Below are positions 26,172 through 37,100 of a stretch of DNA of 64,000 bases, one piece after another. Every line of letters begins with the position of its first letter. Position 1 is the stretch's first letter. Made by a program: the position numbers and the translations under genes. This stretch comes from Octopus vulgaris (taxonomy: Eukaryota), in contig OX597841.1 in the NCBI GenBank assembly GCA_951406725.2, positions 20,584,001-20,648,000 on the forward strand, given 5' to 3'. The notes under the pieces were generated by a model that made no database searches, had not been told where the DNA came from, and saw only the letters and a program-made list of their open reading frames with translations.

Positions 26172-27776
26172 CTACCTACCTACATATGTAAATACATATA
26201 TATATATATGTATACACACACATATATATATAGTGCTAATGTACAGAGTTTGATTGAACAAATTATTGATCCAGTAGCCCAGCTGACTTTTCTGTAACAC
26301 ACTTTTGATTATATTATCTGTTCAGTCACTTTTATCTGCCTTTCAGAATAAATATATATGTATATACATATTTTTTTTTCTGCTGGTATATATATATATA
26401 TATATATATACCAGCAGAGGATGTATATTTGGTATTAAAAAATCCGGATAATGCAAATGGTAGCAACACTTGGCATCAATGCTAGTGTTGGTGGCCATGA
26501 GTTGCTGTTGGCCATCCTGCTGCTGGTAGTAGTTAACCATTGCTAGTGACTGTTCACATTTTAATGGTCATGTTCATGTTGATGGTTGTGTTGGCAGCCA
26601 TGGTGGTGATTTGCTGTGGTACACTATGTAGAACTGGTAGTTGCCATGCAGTAATGATAGTACCAGTGATGAGTGGTTTTAATGTAATAAATTGTTGTTG
26701 TGTAGTCTCAGGTTAGTCCTGATTGAGCAAACGTATGACCAAAAGTATTCATCATCATCTTTTTCTACAGTTACTGTAGTATTTTTCTACAAATACAACA
26801 TTATTTGATGTGTTCTTTATTTAAGACAGCAAAGGGCAATTTGATGCAAATTTGGCAGATATTTTTAGCAGATCTAGCTATTATAGAAAGGTTGCTTTTG
26901 TTGGCTGATGCATACATATATACATACATAAAACAGTGGAGTGTGGTTTGATGGTGATTTCACTGATATTTTTCTACTATTATACAAAGGTCTTCTTTGT
27001 TGGGTAATACATACACAAGACTGTGATTTGATGGAGATTTGGCTGCCATTTCTACAGGTGGAGCAACCATGTAGAAGCTCTCTAGTGTGTAGTGTTGGTT
27101 GCTTCTGTTGCTATTTAGCCCAAGGTCATCTCTGACCAAGTAGATTTAAGTTCAAAGGCATTGCAGCTATGACTATCCAATTTTTTCTGATGCTCAGGAA
27201 ACTCAAGGCCACATAATTAATGCATCTTCTAAGATGCTCTAAGAGAGGTTTCGTTGCATTTTCTACAAGGTCTAGTAAATATGTAGAAATCTTCTTTGCT
27301 GGTTCATACATATATATATAGATATATACATACATAAGACAATAGTGAGTGAGTTGAGGGAGTTGACTTATTTCTACCAGGTTTAACTACCATGCAGAGG
27401 TCTCCTTTGCTGGATCATTCACACATAATATATACATACATTAATTTAGTAGGGTGTGATTTGAAAGAGATTTGGCTGCTATCTCTACCATATCTCACTA
27501 CCACATGGAGGATCCTAGTCATGGTATCATTGGTTGTTGTGTTGGTGTTATTAGTGGTGGCATTGCTGCAGTTAATGGAGATGTTGGTGACAGTAAAAAT
27601 GCTATATTAGTGGAAGTTTGGTGTTGTTATTGTTGTTGTTGGTGGTGTTGATACTGTGTGTGTGTTGCAGCTGAGGCTGTTGTGTTGGTTCCAGCAGTGT
27701 TTTAGTTTTCAGTGTCAGTCATGTCCTTAGTTAAGCTGATTGGTGTTGAAGCAAGGTTGGACAGAAAACCTCAGCT

Positions 27777-27820
27777 TCAGGTGTCACCTGTCATGATTGA
27801 GAGGAATTCTTCTTCATCAA
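27777..27820 (-). CDS. CETN3: Centrin-3 last coding exon: (I)DEEEFLSIMTGDT*
   Basis: Acceptor ttttacttttccag, phase 1 matches the previous exon, TGA stop; resembles human INQEEFIAIMTGDI*. Confidence 0.93.
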
Positions 27821-28329
27821 CTGGAAAAGTAAAAATATTTTGCAAGAAATGAAGAACAAGTAGAACTTATAATAATAATAATAATAATCCTTTCTACTGG
27901 AGGCACAAGGCCTCAAGTTTTGGGGGAGGGGATTAGTTGATTATATTGACCCTAGTGTTTCTCTGGTATTTATTTTATTGACCCTGAAAGGATGAAAGGC
28001 AAAGTTGACCTCAGTGGATTAATATGATTAGAAGAGTGCCTTATGCTTATTAAACAATATTTCAACAGTTTGTCTGTCGTCTTTGGTCCAAACTAAAACA
28101 AGGATAATGAAAAATACATGAAGAACATAAATCTATTTACAAGTTATTAAAATAGCAAATAAGGGAGTTACTGTTACAATTATGGACAAGAAAACTTAAT
28201 TGACATATCATTTTGTGAAGAATTACCTGCTGATCCAAAACCCAATTACAGAAGAAAATTTGACAAAATAATTTTGGAAATGGGAGAAAGTAATTTTTGT
28301 AAGTGACACTGAATGTAAAATGCTGCAGC

Positions 28330-28900
28330 CAGAGCAATGAACATCTATATTTCATGGCCTTCCAAAAACAAACAAAAAGTTTGAAAAATATCCTCTATTG
28401 TTTCTTCATAATGAAAGAGTAGAAGCATGCATGCACTTTGTAAAACATCTATTTTCCACTGAAGATTAAAGTTTGTATTACAAAGCAACACAATGAAGTT
28501 TTGAAAAAACTTTACCGTCTGATGAAGGGTGTGCCATGGAAAAGCCAAAGGCAGTTAATTTTGCTAACATTTTCATGACAGAATTTGAGCTACAGTTTAA
28601 ATTGCAACAAGATCATGAACCAATACTCTGGTTACGGTTTGTTGACTTTTGTCTGGGAAGGACTGTAAGTCTAGCTGAATTGCAGCTGAATTGTGATAAC
28701 TTCTATAATTTTAAGCCCAACATAAAATTCTCATCCAATTTTTCAAAAAGCTAGCATTGAAAATTTGGTGATGAAAGTTAAGTTTCCAGAAGGCTTCAAT
28801 AGTGGAAGAACTACTTTGCAAACCCACATCATCCCATATCTCTTTTCATCACACTCCAATGATTCATGGAATTAAGTTGAATCCATAGTTTCAATTTTTG
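28330..28900 (+). mobile_element. Highly degenerate Penelope-like RT fragment in the last centrin intron
   Basis: GCAM(G)...NFANIFMTEFE...ILWLRFVD...FYNFKPNIKF, matching PLE RT motifs GxAMG/ANIFM/WxRYxDD. Confidence 0.65.
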
Positions 28901-29325
28901 AGAATAAAACAGATTTGAACTGACACAGATCTTGGAAACACGTTAATGATTTTGTGCATGATGGAAATAAATGACAAATGACACAGTGAAATTAATGACT
29001 TTCATGCATGAATAAAAGATGTGATGGTCATGGCTTGGACAGCTTTGAGTATATGTCAACTGGATCAGGATTAAATTGTGATGAACAACAAAAAGGACAC
29101 ATTAGATAATTAGCTGACAAGGGATAAGGAAAGACATTATATAACGTAGATACACTACACATGTATGAAAAATGGGATGTTCTAAGCTGAAAGGTCTGCT
29201 GGACACAGAAAGGAAATTTTATAAAATGTAGTCCTAGATACACTACATGTCGATAAAAAAAGAGGATGGTCATGGCTGGAGCACCTCTGATCAGGACTGA
29301 CCTAAAACTAAAAAACAATACTTAC

Positions 29326-29402
29326 TCTCTCCATCACCATCTTTATCAAATTCATCAATCATAGCTCGAAGTTCATCATCATTCAAGTTTTCACCCAGTT
29401 CC
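29326..29402 (-). CDS. CETN3: Centrin-3 exon: (R)ELGENLNDDELRAMIDEFDKDGDGE(I), 77 nt
   Basis: tactttccag acceptor, gtaagt donor, EF-hand 4 loop DKDGDGE; phases 2 and 1 fit neighbouring exons. Confidence 0.96.
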
Positions 29403-29428
29403 CTGGAAAGTAGACCAAACAAAAAGTC

Positions 29429-29662
29429 TTAATCTTTTGGCATTTAAACTGGCCCTTATCTGGCCCAAATATTCGACCTGCTTTATGCTCAAACTGGCCA
29501 AATTTGGCCTCTCGCATCTACTCGACAATGTCATGCTAAAAATAAACAATTACAATAGCAAAATTTCAAAGCTATGAGATAATTAATTCAAAACAATGTG
29601 AATTCAAAACAATGTGAATAAGTATTATATTTGGTAAAATAGTCTGAATGCTAAATGGTTAA
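29429..29662. mobile_element. piggyBac-type MITE
   Basis: TTAA at both ends; degenerate TIRs ttaatcttttggcatttaaac and gtctgaatgctaaatggttaa. Confidence 0.65.
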
Positions 29663-29779
29663 TCTTCACAGTTATCATTTTAGCATCTGACTAACTCTGA
29701 GAGGAATGTGTACTCTGAATGCAACCCACAGTATGACAGTTTCAAGCCAAGTTAAAAAGCTATGCATTTCTATTTATAG

Positions 29780-30320
29780 TGGTTTTGCTGAATAGAGGAC
29801 ACATGAAGGCATGAAAGAAATGAAGCCAGTATACTTCACTGGATGTGCAATGTCAGTATGCGTGTACAACAGAGTGAAAGCATCTTAAGAGAAAAATTGG
29901 GCATAAGAGGCATCAGATGTGGTGTGCAAGTATAAATATATAGATATTTATATTAATAGATCAAACTTACACAGAGCACAAATGATAGAGAAATTTAAAG
30001 GAGAAGAAGTAAGGTGTTATAAGTCCAATAGCTGTTTCTGGGGGCTTGGAGATCCGTCACAGCAAATAGCCAAAAGTTTTGGTTATTTATCATAATGTCA
30101 AATAATATACGCTTTTCCAGTTTCAGCCCAAAATATTGTTGGTATGGTCATGTGGTGCATATGGACGAGGACAGCTGATCTCTAACTGTGGATGGAATTG
30201 ATGGAAAGATAGACTCAGGAAGACATGGGACAAGATGGTGAAACATGATCTTCAGATGTTGGGTCTCACAAAGATGATGAAAACTGATCGAGACATTTGG
30301 CGATTTGCTGTGCTTGAGAT
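29780..30320 (+). mobile_element. RTE family A C-terminal fragment interrupted at ~29931-30140 by a PLE-type terminal fragment
   Basis: cagatgtggtgtgcaag breaks at 29930 and resumes with ggtatggtcatgtg at about 30141. Confidence 0.8.
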
Positions 30321-30562
30321 AAGAAGTAATTGAAAGGTATTCCACCCCTCCCACTCATCTCTCCACCTCTGCCTTAATACCCTCATTATTAACCTCTTCC
30401 TGAACTAGCTCTCTTATCTCCTCTCACCACTTCCTGTCTCAGTACTCTCCATAACCTACTGAGTCTCCTATTTCCTCCCTCTAATACTTGCCTGCTCTCC
30501 ACATTTAATCATTCCACCTTTGGACTTCTCTGCATCATGATCTGAAATGGTAGATCTTTTTT

Positions 30563-30685
30563 ACCCTGATGATGGAGAATTGCTTTATCCAATGTTGACT
30601 GCTTCCATTATGACCTGCATATTGTGATGAACTCCATCTACCAACATTATGACGGATCCCCAAGCCCCCAGAAACAGCTGTTGGG
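30563..30685 (+). ncRNA. Type-I hammerhead motif with long loop II, part of an inverted pair 29931-30060 / 30650-30772
   Basis: CC-CTGATGA-TGG-[~92 nt]-CCA-GAAA-CAGCTG-TT-GG; stem I is weak. Confidence 0.5.
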
Positions 30686-31037
30686 CTCATAACACCTTAC
30701 TTCCTCCCCTTTCATTTTCTCTATCATTTGTGCTCTGAGTAAGTTGGATCTATTAATATAAATATCTATATATATCTTTATACTTAACTATTCATCATTT
30801 GAAAGCCTTCACTCTTTGTCTTCTCTCATTTTGCATGCACACATATATACCTATTTTGTATTTCATACCCAAGCTATTATATTTAATTTGTTTTTCTGCA
30901 TAATTAGCTCCATATCTACCCAACTTGGTCCCTCTTAAAGCCATTCTTTACCCCTGTAAAGACATCAGAGTCTAAATTTGAATCATTTGAACACTATTAA
31001 GTGTTTTCTATACTGAGAATCTTTGGATCTCATCTGT

Positions 31038-31073
<36 letters not shown>

Positions 31074-31185
31074 TATATATAAATAATTTGGGAAAACAAA
31101 TTTCCAAATCAATCAGATGCAACCCTTCAGCATCAGATGCATCTGCACATCATACTTTGGGGTCTTATTTATAATATATTTATAT

Positions 31186-31391
31186 TTCTTTCTTTTACTT
31201 GTTTCAGTCATTTTGACTGCGGCCATGCTGGAGCACCGCCTTTAGTCGAGCAACTCGACCCCGGGACTTATTCTTTGTAAGCCCAGTACTTAATCTATCG
31301 GTCTCTTTTGCCGAACCGCTAAGTTACGGGGACGTAAACACACCAGCATCGGTTGTCAAGCAATGCTAGGGGGACAAACACAGACACACAA

Positions 31392-31424
<33 letters not shown>

Positions 31425-31587
31425 CGACAGGCTTCTTTCAGTTTCCGTCTACCAAATCCACTCACAAGGCATTGGTCGGCCCGGGGCTATAGTAGAAGAC
31501 ACTTGCCCAAGATGCCACGCAGTGGGACTGAACCCGGGACCATGTGGTTGGTTAGCAAGCTACTTACCACACAGCCACTCCTACGCC
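31186..31587 (-). mobile_element. Full-length SINE family 1
   Basis: Reverse complement of 20909-21317. Confidence 0.92.
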
Positions 31588-31699
31588 TATTTATCTATAA
31601 ATATAAAAAGTATCTGATAAAAGCCAACATTAATTCAATTTTGGGGGATCAATCAATATGCAGGTTTTCTATTTCAGATAATACAAAAATAACCCAATG

Positions 31700-32800
31700 A
31701 GTATATTCTGACAGTAAACTCACGCTATCGGTTTGTACGTCAAGAAATAATACTTAAAGGATATTACCAAAATTACCAGCAAGGTATATGTTATACTTCC
31801 TTGATTATCTCCTACTTTAGTTAATACTTAAATTTATTAAATATGAAGGATACACGGGTTTCAGTACTGGAAGATTACAATATATATACATATACACAGC
31901 TATATACATATATAAATACATATATGCAATAGTCAGATTTTCAATTATTCCTACTCATCTTCAGGTTCTTTTTCAAAATATTATATATTTAATTTTACGT
32001 CCCTCTAAAAAATAATACAATTAAGCATTAAAGATTAAAAATTAAAAATAAAATTTATACTTTGTAATATTAAGAATTAAAATTTATAAATTATACATTA
32101 TAAACATGAATTAGTATATATATCAATCATGTAAAATCAAGTATATGTCAAATACAGAATGTGAGATATAAAATTATACATTCGTGTTTAAATGTGATAT
32201 AAGAAAAATTCAAATACATATCTTCTTTTTTTTCTGGTACTAAAATGATGATTAGAAGAAGATAGCAGGGAACTATGGGTATTTATAGGGGATTAGTACC
32301 AAGGCGGGTAATTACACTAGACATAGTTTTAATTTTAAATTATCCTCTATTATTATTTTCATATTCACTTATATTGGGAGATATACATAATTTATTATAT
32401 AATTTTAGTAGTATTTAATTCATATATTTAGATTATTGCATTATTTTTTATTTATATAATCTACTCAAGTGCTTTAGAAATAAAATTATGTGGTTATTTA
32501 ATTCATGGGTTGGGGGTCCAGTACTCCACGTTCACCATATGTGTTTAATAATTCATCTCTAGACTGTAGTGATTTCATAAATTCTGTTATACATAATAAA
32601 CACATTTTATTCCCAATATCATAGGAGTGGGCTCTACCTATAATACTCCAATTAAGGGTGTACTCTCTTTTTCTAGATTTTAATTCCCATATGTATTTAC
32701 TTAAGCCTGTAGACTTACTTAAATTGGGATTTTTAAAGGTCTGGTAGTGTTGGGATATTCTTTTTTAAATTTCATTAGCTAATATAAACCTTATTTATAA
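31700..32800 (-). mobile_element. 3' end of a Penelope-like element: GIY-YIG endonuclease C-terminus plus terminal repeat
   Basis: Minus 32765-32580 translates KRISQHYQTFKNPNLSKSTGLSKYIWELKSRKREYTLNWSIIGRAHSYDIGNKMCLLCITE (not in the ORF track); a hammerhead follows downstream on the same strand. Confidence 0.8.
31846..31969 (-). ncRNA. Hammerhead motif in the PLE 3' region, long loop II
   Basis: AGAAC-CTGAAGA-TG-AGTA-[~85 nt]-TACT-GAAA-CCCGTG-TA-TCCTT; partly decayed. Confidence 0.55.
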
Positions 32801-33821
32801 TTTTATTATTATTGTTCTTAGAGCTAATTATACATTATCAATACTACAATTATTAGAGAGTCTTATCACAACATAAACATTTTTCTATCTGTTGATTAAG
32901 ATCTCACATTGCTTGTGAGATTTTAAAAGATAATGAACAAAGAAATGATTACAATTACATGCTGGATCATCCAGAGGAATACTACTCCGATTATTTCTAT
33001 TACTGTTGCACTATGGCACCAAAAATTGATATCGAAATTGTCATGGCTGTTAGCGTTTCTGTCGCATCTGTTATTCAGTATTTAAATGCAGGGAAAGGAA
33101 ACATTACAGCTGTCAAAATATTCTGGGACACAGGAGGATAAAAGGGACAATGTTCGTGCTGATGCACTTCCTGAACTGAAGAATTCAGAACATTATTATT
33201 ATTATCATTTGCTTCATGTTACATGATGCATCCACATCGTGTTTCACACTTCTATGTTTTGTTTATGATGTTGAATGTGTTATTTTTGTTGTTGTAACAG
33301 AAAATTTCTGAGAAACTTTCTTTTCCCTAAGGGGGAGAGAGTCGTTATGAAAATGTTTTACTTGGAAAGAAAAAAGTGGATTTTCATTAAGGCATATTGA
33401 TCCAAACCTGAGTCTACAGGATTCCTTTTTGACAGCTGAGACATTCTACACATGGTTGATGCCAAGTCGATTTATGTATTCTCCAATTGACCCTTTTAAC
33501 CCCTTCTCTGCAAGCAATAGCTGATAGGAGATAAGGAAGATACCTACAATAGTTCCCATTCTTTTCAGAGCAGCATGTCCCTCTTTCTTGCTGTGTTATG
33601 ATAATTATAAATACAGATAGTCCAAGTTGGTGAAAGAGATGACCTCAAAGTAGTTGGTGAGATGAAGAAGACAACAAGAGGCGATTATGATATCTTTCAC
33701 TGGCTCACTTTAGAATGCCAAGTCTCATTCTCTCTTTCTCCATTGTTGCTGCTCAAATGACAGGCAGAATGTTGGCATCATTCTGTCCTTCTTCTCTATC
33801 TACTTACTTCTGTGAATGACA

Positions 33822-34352
33822 TCTATATCTATAAAAGGTAGGATGTGTGTGTGTGTACATGAATGTACTTTATGCACATCTACAAATTAGCACGAATGTC
33901 ACTCCAGTTTTAGGAGCACATTGGTCACGACCATGACTCTGCTTTTGTCAACTTATTTTTCCCGAGGCACCCCCAGATAGCGGTAAAAATCGATTTTCAC
34001 TATAAGTTTTACCAATTTTCACATTAGTAAAATTCGTAAGTTTGCTAACATGAGTTACGTCCCCTGTCTTGTATATAGATTAATTCATCTTACTACAATG
34101 TCTCCAAAAAAAATTAGATTTCGATTACATAAGCAATCTCAGCGTAGGAAAAGAGAAAAAGCTGAAGAGACTGACTATCAGTGGACCCATTAGTAAACTA
34201 TTATAACTTTTGGGGCTGAAGCCTGGCAATAAGGGCTTGCGGATATTCCACTACAAAACATTCACTAATATTGAAGCAGTAACTTTCATATATCAGAGTG
34301 TAATTCTTGAAGTCACTTTCTGAACCCAGTCAATGACTGGTATTTCTGCTAG
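33822..34352 (+). mobile_element. Non-autonomous Helitron
   Basis: A|TCTATATCTATAAAAG 5' end, subterminal (TG)n, 3' hairpin CCAGTCA-A-TGACTGG then CTAG|T; inserted between A and T, no TSD. Confidence 0.8.
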
Positions 34353-34493
34353 TAAACAGTAAACAACAACGCAAGAAGAAAATGGTAAGGGTGACTTCCC
34401 TTTTGTTTTGATTGCTCACTTCTGTAGGAACTATTGGAATTTCGACTTCCATCAAGGAAATCCCCCAGTCACTAAGAACTGGTATATATATAT

Positions 34494-34691
34494 ATGTGAC
34501 CTCGTGAGTACCGCCAGCAATTTTTTTTCCTCTGTCTTCCCTTCTCGGGATCTTTCCTTCTATGTTTCCGACGAAGAGCTCCGCTCGAAACGTTAAACCC
34601 TCCTTCTTCCCTTCTTTCCTGAGCGTCCAATAATACTTTATTTGTTCTACGTCCTCGCGTTGCTGTTTTTTTTGTGTTTTCTTGTTTGGAT

Positions 34692-34695
<4 letters not shown>
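34494..34695 (+). mobile_element. About 200-bp hammerhead-bearing mini-element between (TA)n tracts (same family as 12128-12323)
   Basis: Full-length homology in opposite orientation. Confidence 0.75.
34564..34598 (+). ncRNA. Minimal type-I hammerhead motif
   Basis: GTTT-CCGACGA-A-GAGC-TCC-GCTC-GAAA-CG-TT-AAAC; perfect stems I and II, palindromic AACGTT helix III, U4>C variant. Confidence 0.65.
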
Positions 34696-34726
<31 letters not shown>

Positions 34727-34884
34727 ACTATTTGCGACGGCTTGTGTTTTGGACTCAAATGATTATAAGTTTTGAGCTGCCTTCAATCTGTGTTTTATGC
34801 CATTCATTTATATCAATACACATCTAAAATTCTACAGGCTGTTGTTTTATTTGCTGTTGTCTTTGTCTAACCCGTAACCATATA

Positions 34885-35525
34885 TACATGTATATATGTG
34901 TCCATATGTATATATCTATGTGTCTTTGTATTTGTGTCCCCACATCACTGTTTCACAACTGGTGTTGTGTTTACACCCTGTAACTTAGCAGTTTGACAAA
35001 AGAGACTACTAGAATAAGTACTAGGCTTAAAAAATAAGTTCTGGGGTCAATTTGTTTGACTAAAACTTCAAAGTAGTGCTCAAGCATGGTCACAGTGAAA
35101 TCTTTACTTACTTGTACTTGTGATGGCGTTCACCCAGTGTGGGTTGAACCAGCTTCTTCTCTGGTCCTGACAGCAGTAGTAGGATTCATAGAAGAAATTT
35201 CATGGGAATATTGAATTCACAAGCAGTCCCTGACATCCTGCATGCATATCCCGAGTGACAAGACGAGTTTGTCACGGATGCAGGGACAGAACGACCTCAA
35301 AGCCACCGGTTGCCAATCAGACGCCTCTTGGAATTTTCACCAGAGCCCCATTGGCCAGGCTACGACCCTAATACCGTTCGGTGCCAGACCAATCTGCCCT
35401 GAGTGGCCCCTACCAGGAACCGAAGTTCCTGACGGCATAGCCCTGACACTGCCCATTTACACCACCCTACCGCTTTGAGGAGGGGTTGGACTTTAGAGAA
35501 ATGACTGAAACAAGTAAAAGAATAA
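34885..35525 (+). mobile_element. SINE family 1 3' half split by an insertion at 35101-35495
   Basis: ...caagcatggtcacagtgaaa | insert | gaaatgactgaaacaagtaaaagaataaa. Confidence 0.75.
35101..35495 (-). mobile_element. Short GC-rich non-autonomous retroelement, probably RTE 5'UTR fused to an RTE 3' end, with (AAGT)n tail
   Basis: Minus strand ...gggctatgccgtcaggaacTTCGgttcctggtaggggccactc... recalls RTE/Expander 5' UTRs; ends acaagtacaagtaagtaaaga. Confidence 0.5.
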
Positions 35526-36027
35526 ATTTTTGTTTTTTGTTTTATTCTTCTAAACTCCATGTGGCTCTTGTTACTATATGATAGTCCTGTCACATGTTGA
35601 TGCTCCACTGACAGCATTATACCAACTTGAAATTCAAGCTTGACAGCATATCAGCCAGATGTTCAATGACTTACAGTCAAAATGGAAGCTCACAATGTCT
35701 CTGTTTGTCATTAAAATATTAGAAGACTAATTTTGTAAGGAAGGATCTGATTTGAATATTTCTAATTGTATTGGTTTGCTCTTTTACATATTTTCTTGTG
35801 TTTTTTGGCCAGATATTTTCTGAGATAAATATCATAAAAATATAGGCACAGGTGTGGCTGTGTGGTAAGAAGCTTGCCTTTAGTTGAACAAATCGACCCC
35901 AGGACTTATTCTTTGTAAGCCTAGTACTTATTCTATTGGTTATCTTTTGCCAAACTGCTAATGTTACAGGGATGTAAACCCAACATTGGTGTTAAGTGAT
36001 GGTGGGAGGGAGGAAGGCACACTAATA

Positions 36028-36064
<37 letters not shown>

Positions 36065-36139
36065 ACAATTTCCATCTACCAAATCCACTCACACGGATTT
36101 GGTTGGCTTGAGGCTACAGAAGAAGCACTTGCCCAAGAA

Positions 36140-37095
36140 ACAGGAGACAGAGGAAGCCTTGCAGAAAATACAGAACCCCAGTGATGTTGCACATCTGCAG
36201 CAGGAGTTGGACTCAATTTACAGATGGGCTAAGGATTATAATATGCAGTTTAATGCTGAAAAATTCCAAGCCCTGCACTACCAGCGTCCAAAACTGAATA
36301 TGAAACTTACAGGGTACACTAGTCCACAGGGAATTTCAGTCCCAGAGCCTAAGTCTGTGAGGGACCTGGGTATCGACATGAATGAGGATACCTCTTTCCA
36401 AGTGCACATTACCAGGATGGCGACAAACTGGCTGGGTGGATCCTAAGAACATTCAGAACCAGAGATAAGGAAACCATGATGGTCCTCTGGCAGACATTCG
36501 TCCTCAGCCACCTGGATTACTGCTCACAGCTATGGTCACCTACCAGTGTAAAATTAACAGCGGACCTTGAAGCAATCCAGAGAAGATCGTCTCTTTGCAA
36601 CTGCTCAGCTACTGGGAAAGGCTGTACAGCGAAGACTCTACTCCCTGGAGAGAAAGCAGGAGAGGTATGCAGTAATATATATCTGGAAGATTCTGGATGA
36701 ATTGTGCCAAATTTTGGTATTGAAATCTACACCAATGCCAGAACAAACGACACTGCATAGTGCCAAAGATCCCACAATGCCATCACGCTTCAGGACCAGT
36801 TACTGCAACAGCCTGGGTTTCAAGGGCCCACAGCTTTTTAATATTCTCCCAAAGAGCCTGAGGAACCTGCACAAAGTAGATGTAGGCATTTTTAAATCAA
36901 AGCTGGACCTGTTCCTGTCGAGAGTCCCAGGTGAACTTACATCAAGGCAGGAGGTGCAAATGAGGGTAGCTATATCAAACTCCATTCTTCACCAAGTGCG
37001 ACATATTGGAGGAGGTTCTAAGTAATAACAGTGAAGCAAAACGGCGGTGCATCAGCATGGCCACAGCTCTGAGCTGAAACCACAGAGAAAAAAAT
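36140..37095 (+). mobile_element. 5'-truncated CR1-group LINE (RT C-terminus plus 3' UTR)
   Basis: LQQELDSIYRWAKDYNMQFNAEKF, VRDLGIDM, SHLDYCSQLWSP, LYSLERKQERYAVIYIWKIL. Confidence 0.88.
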
Positions 37096-37100
37096 ATATA

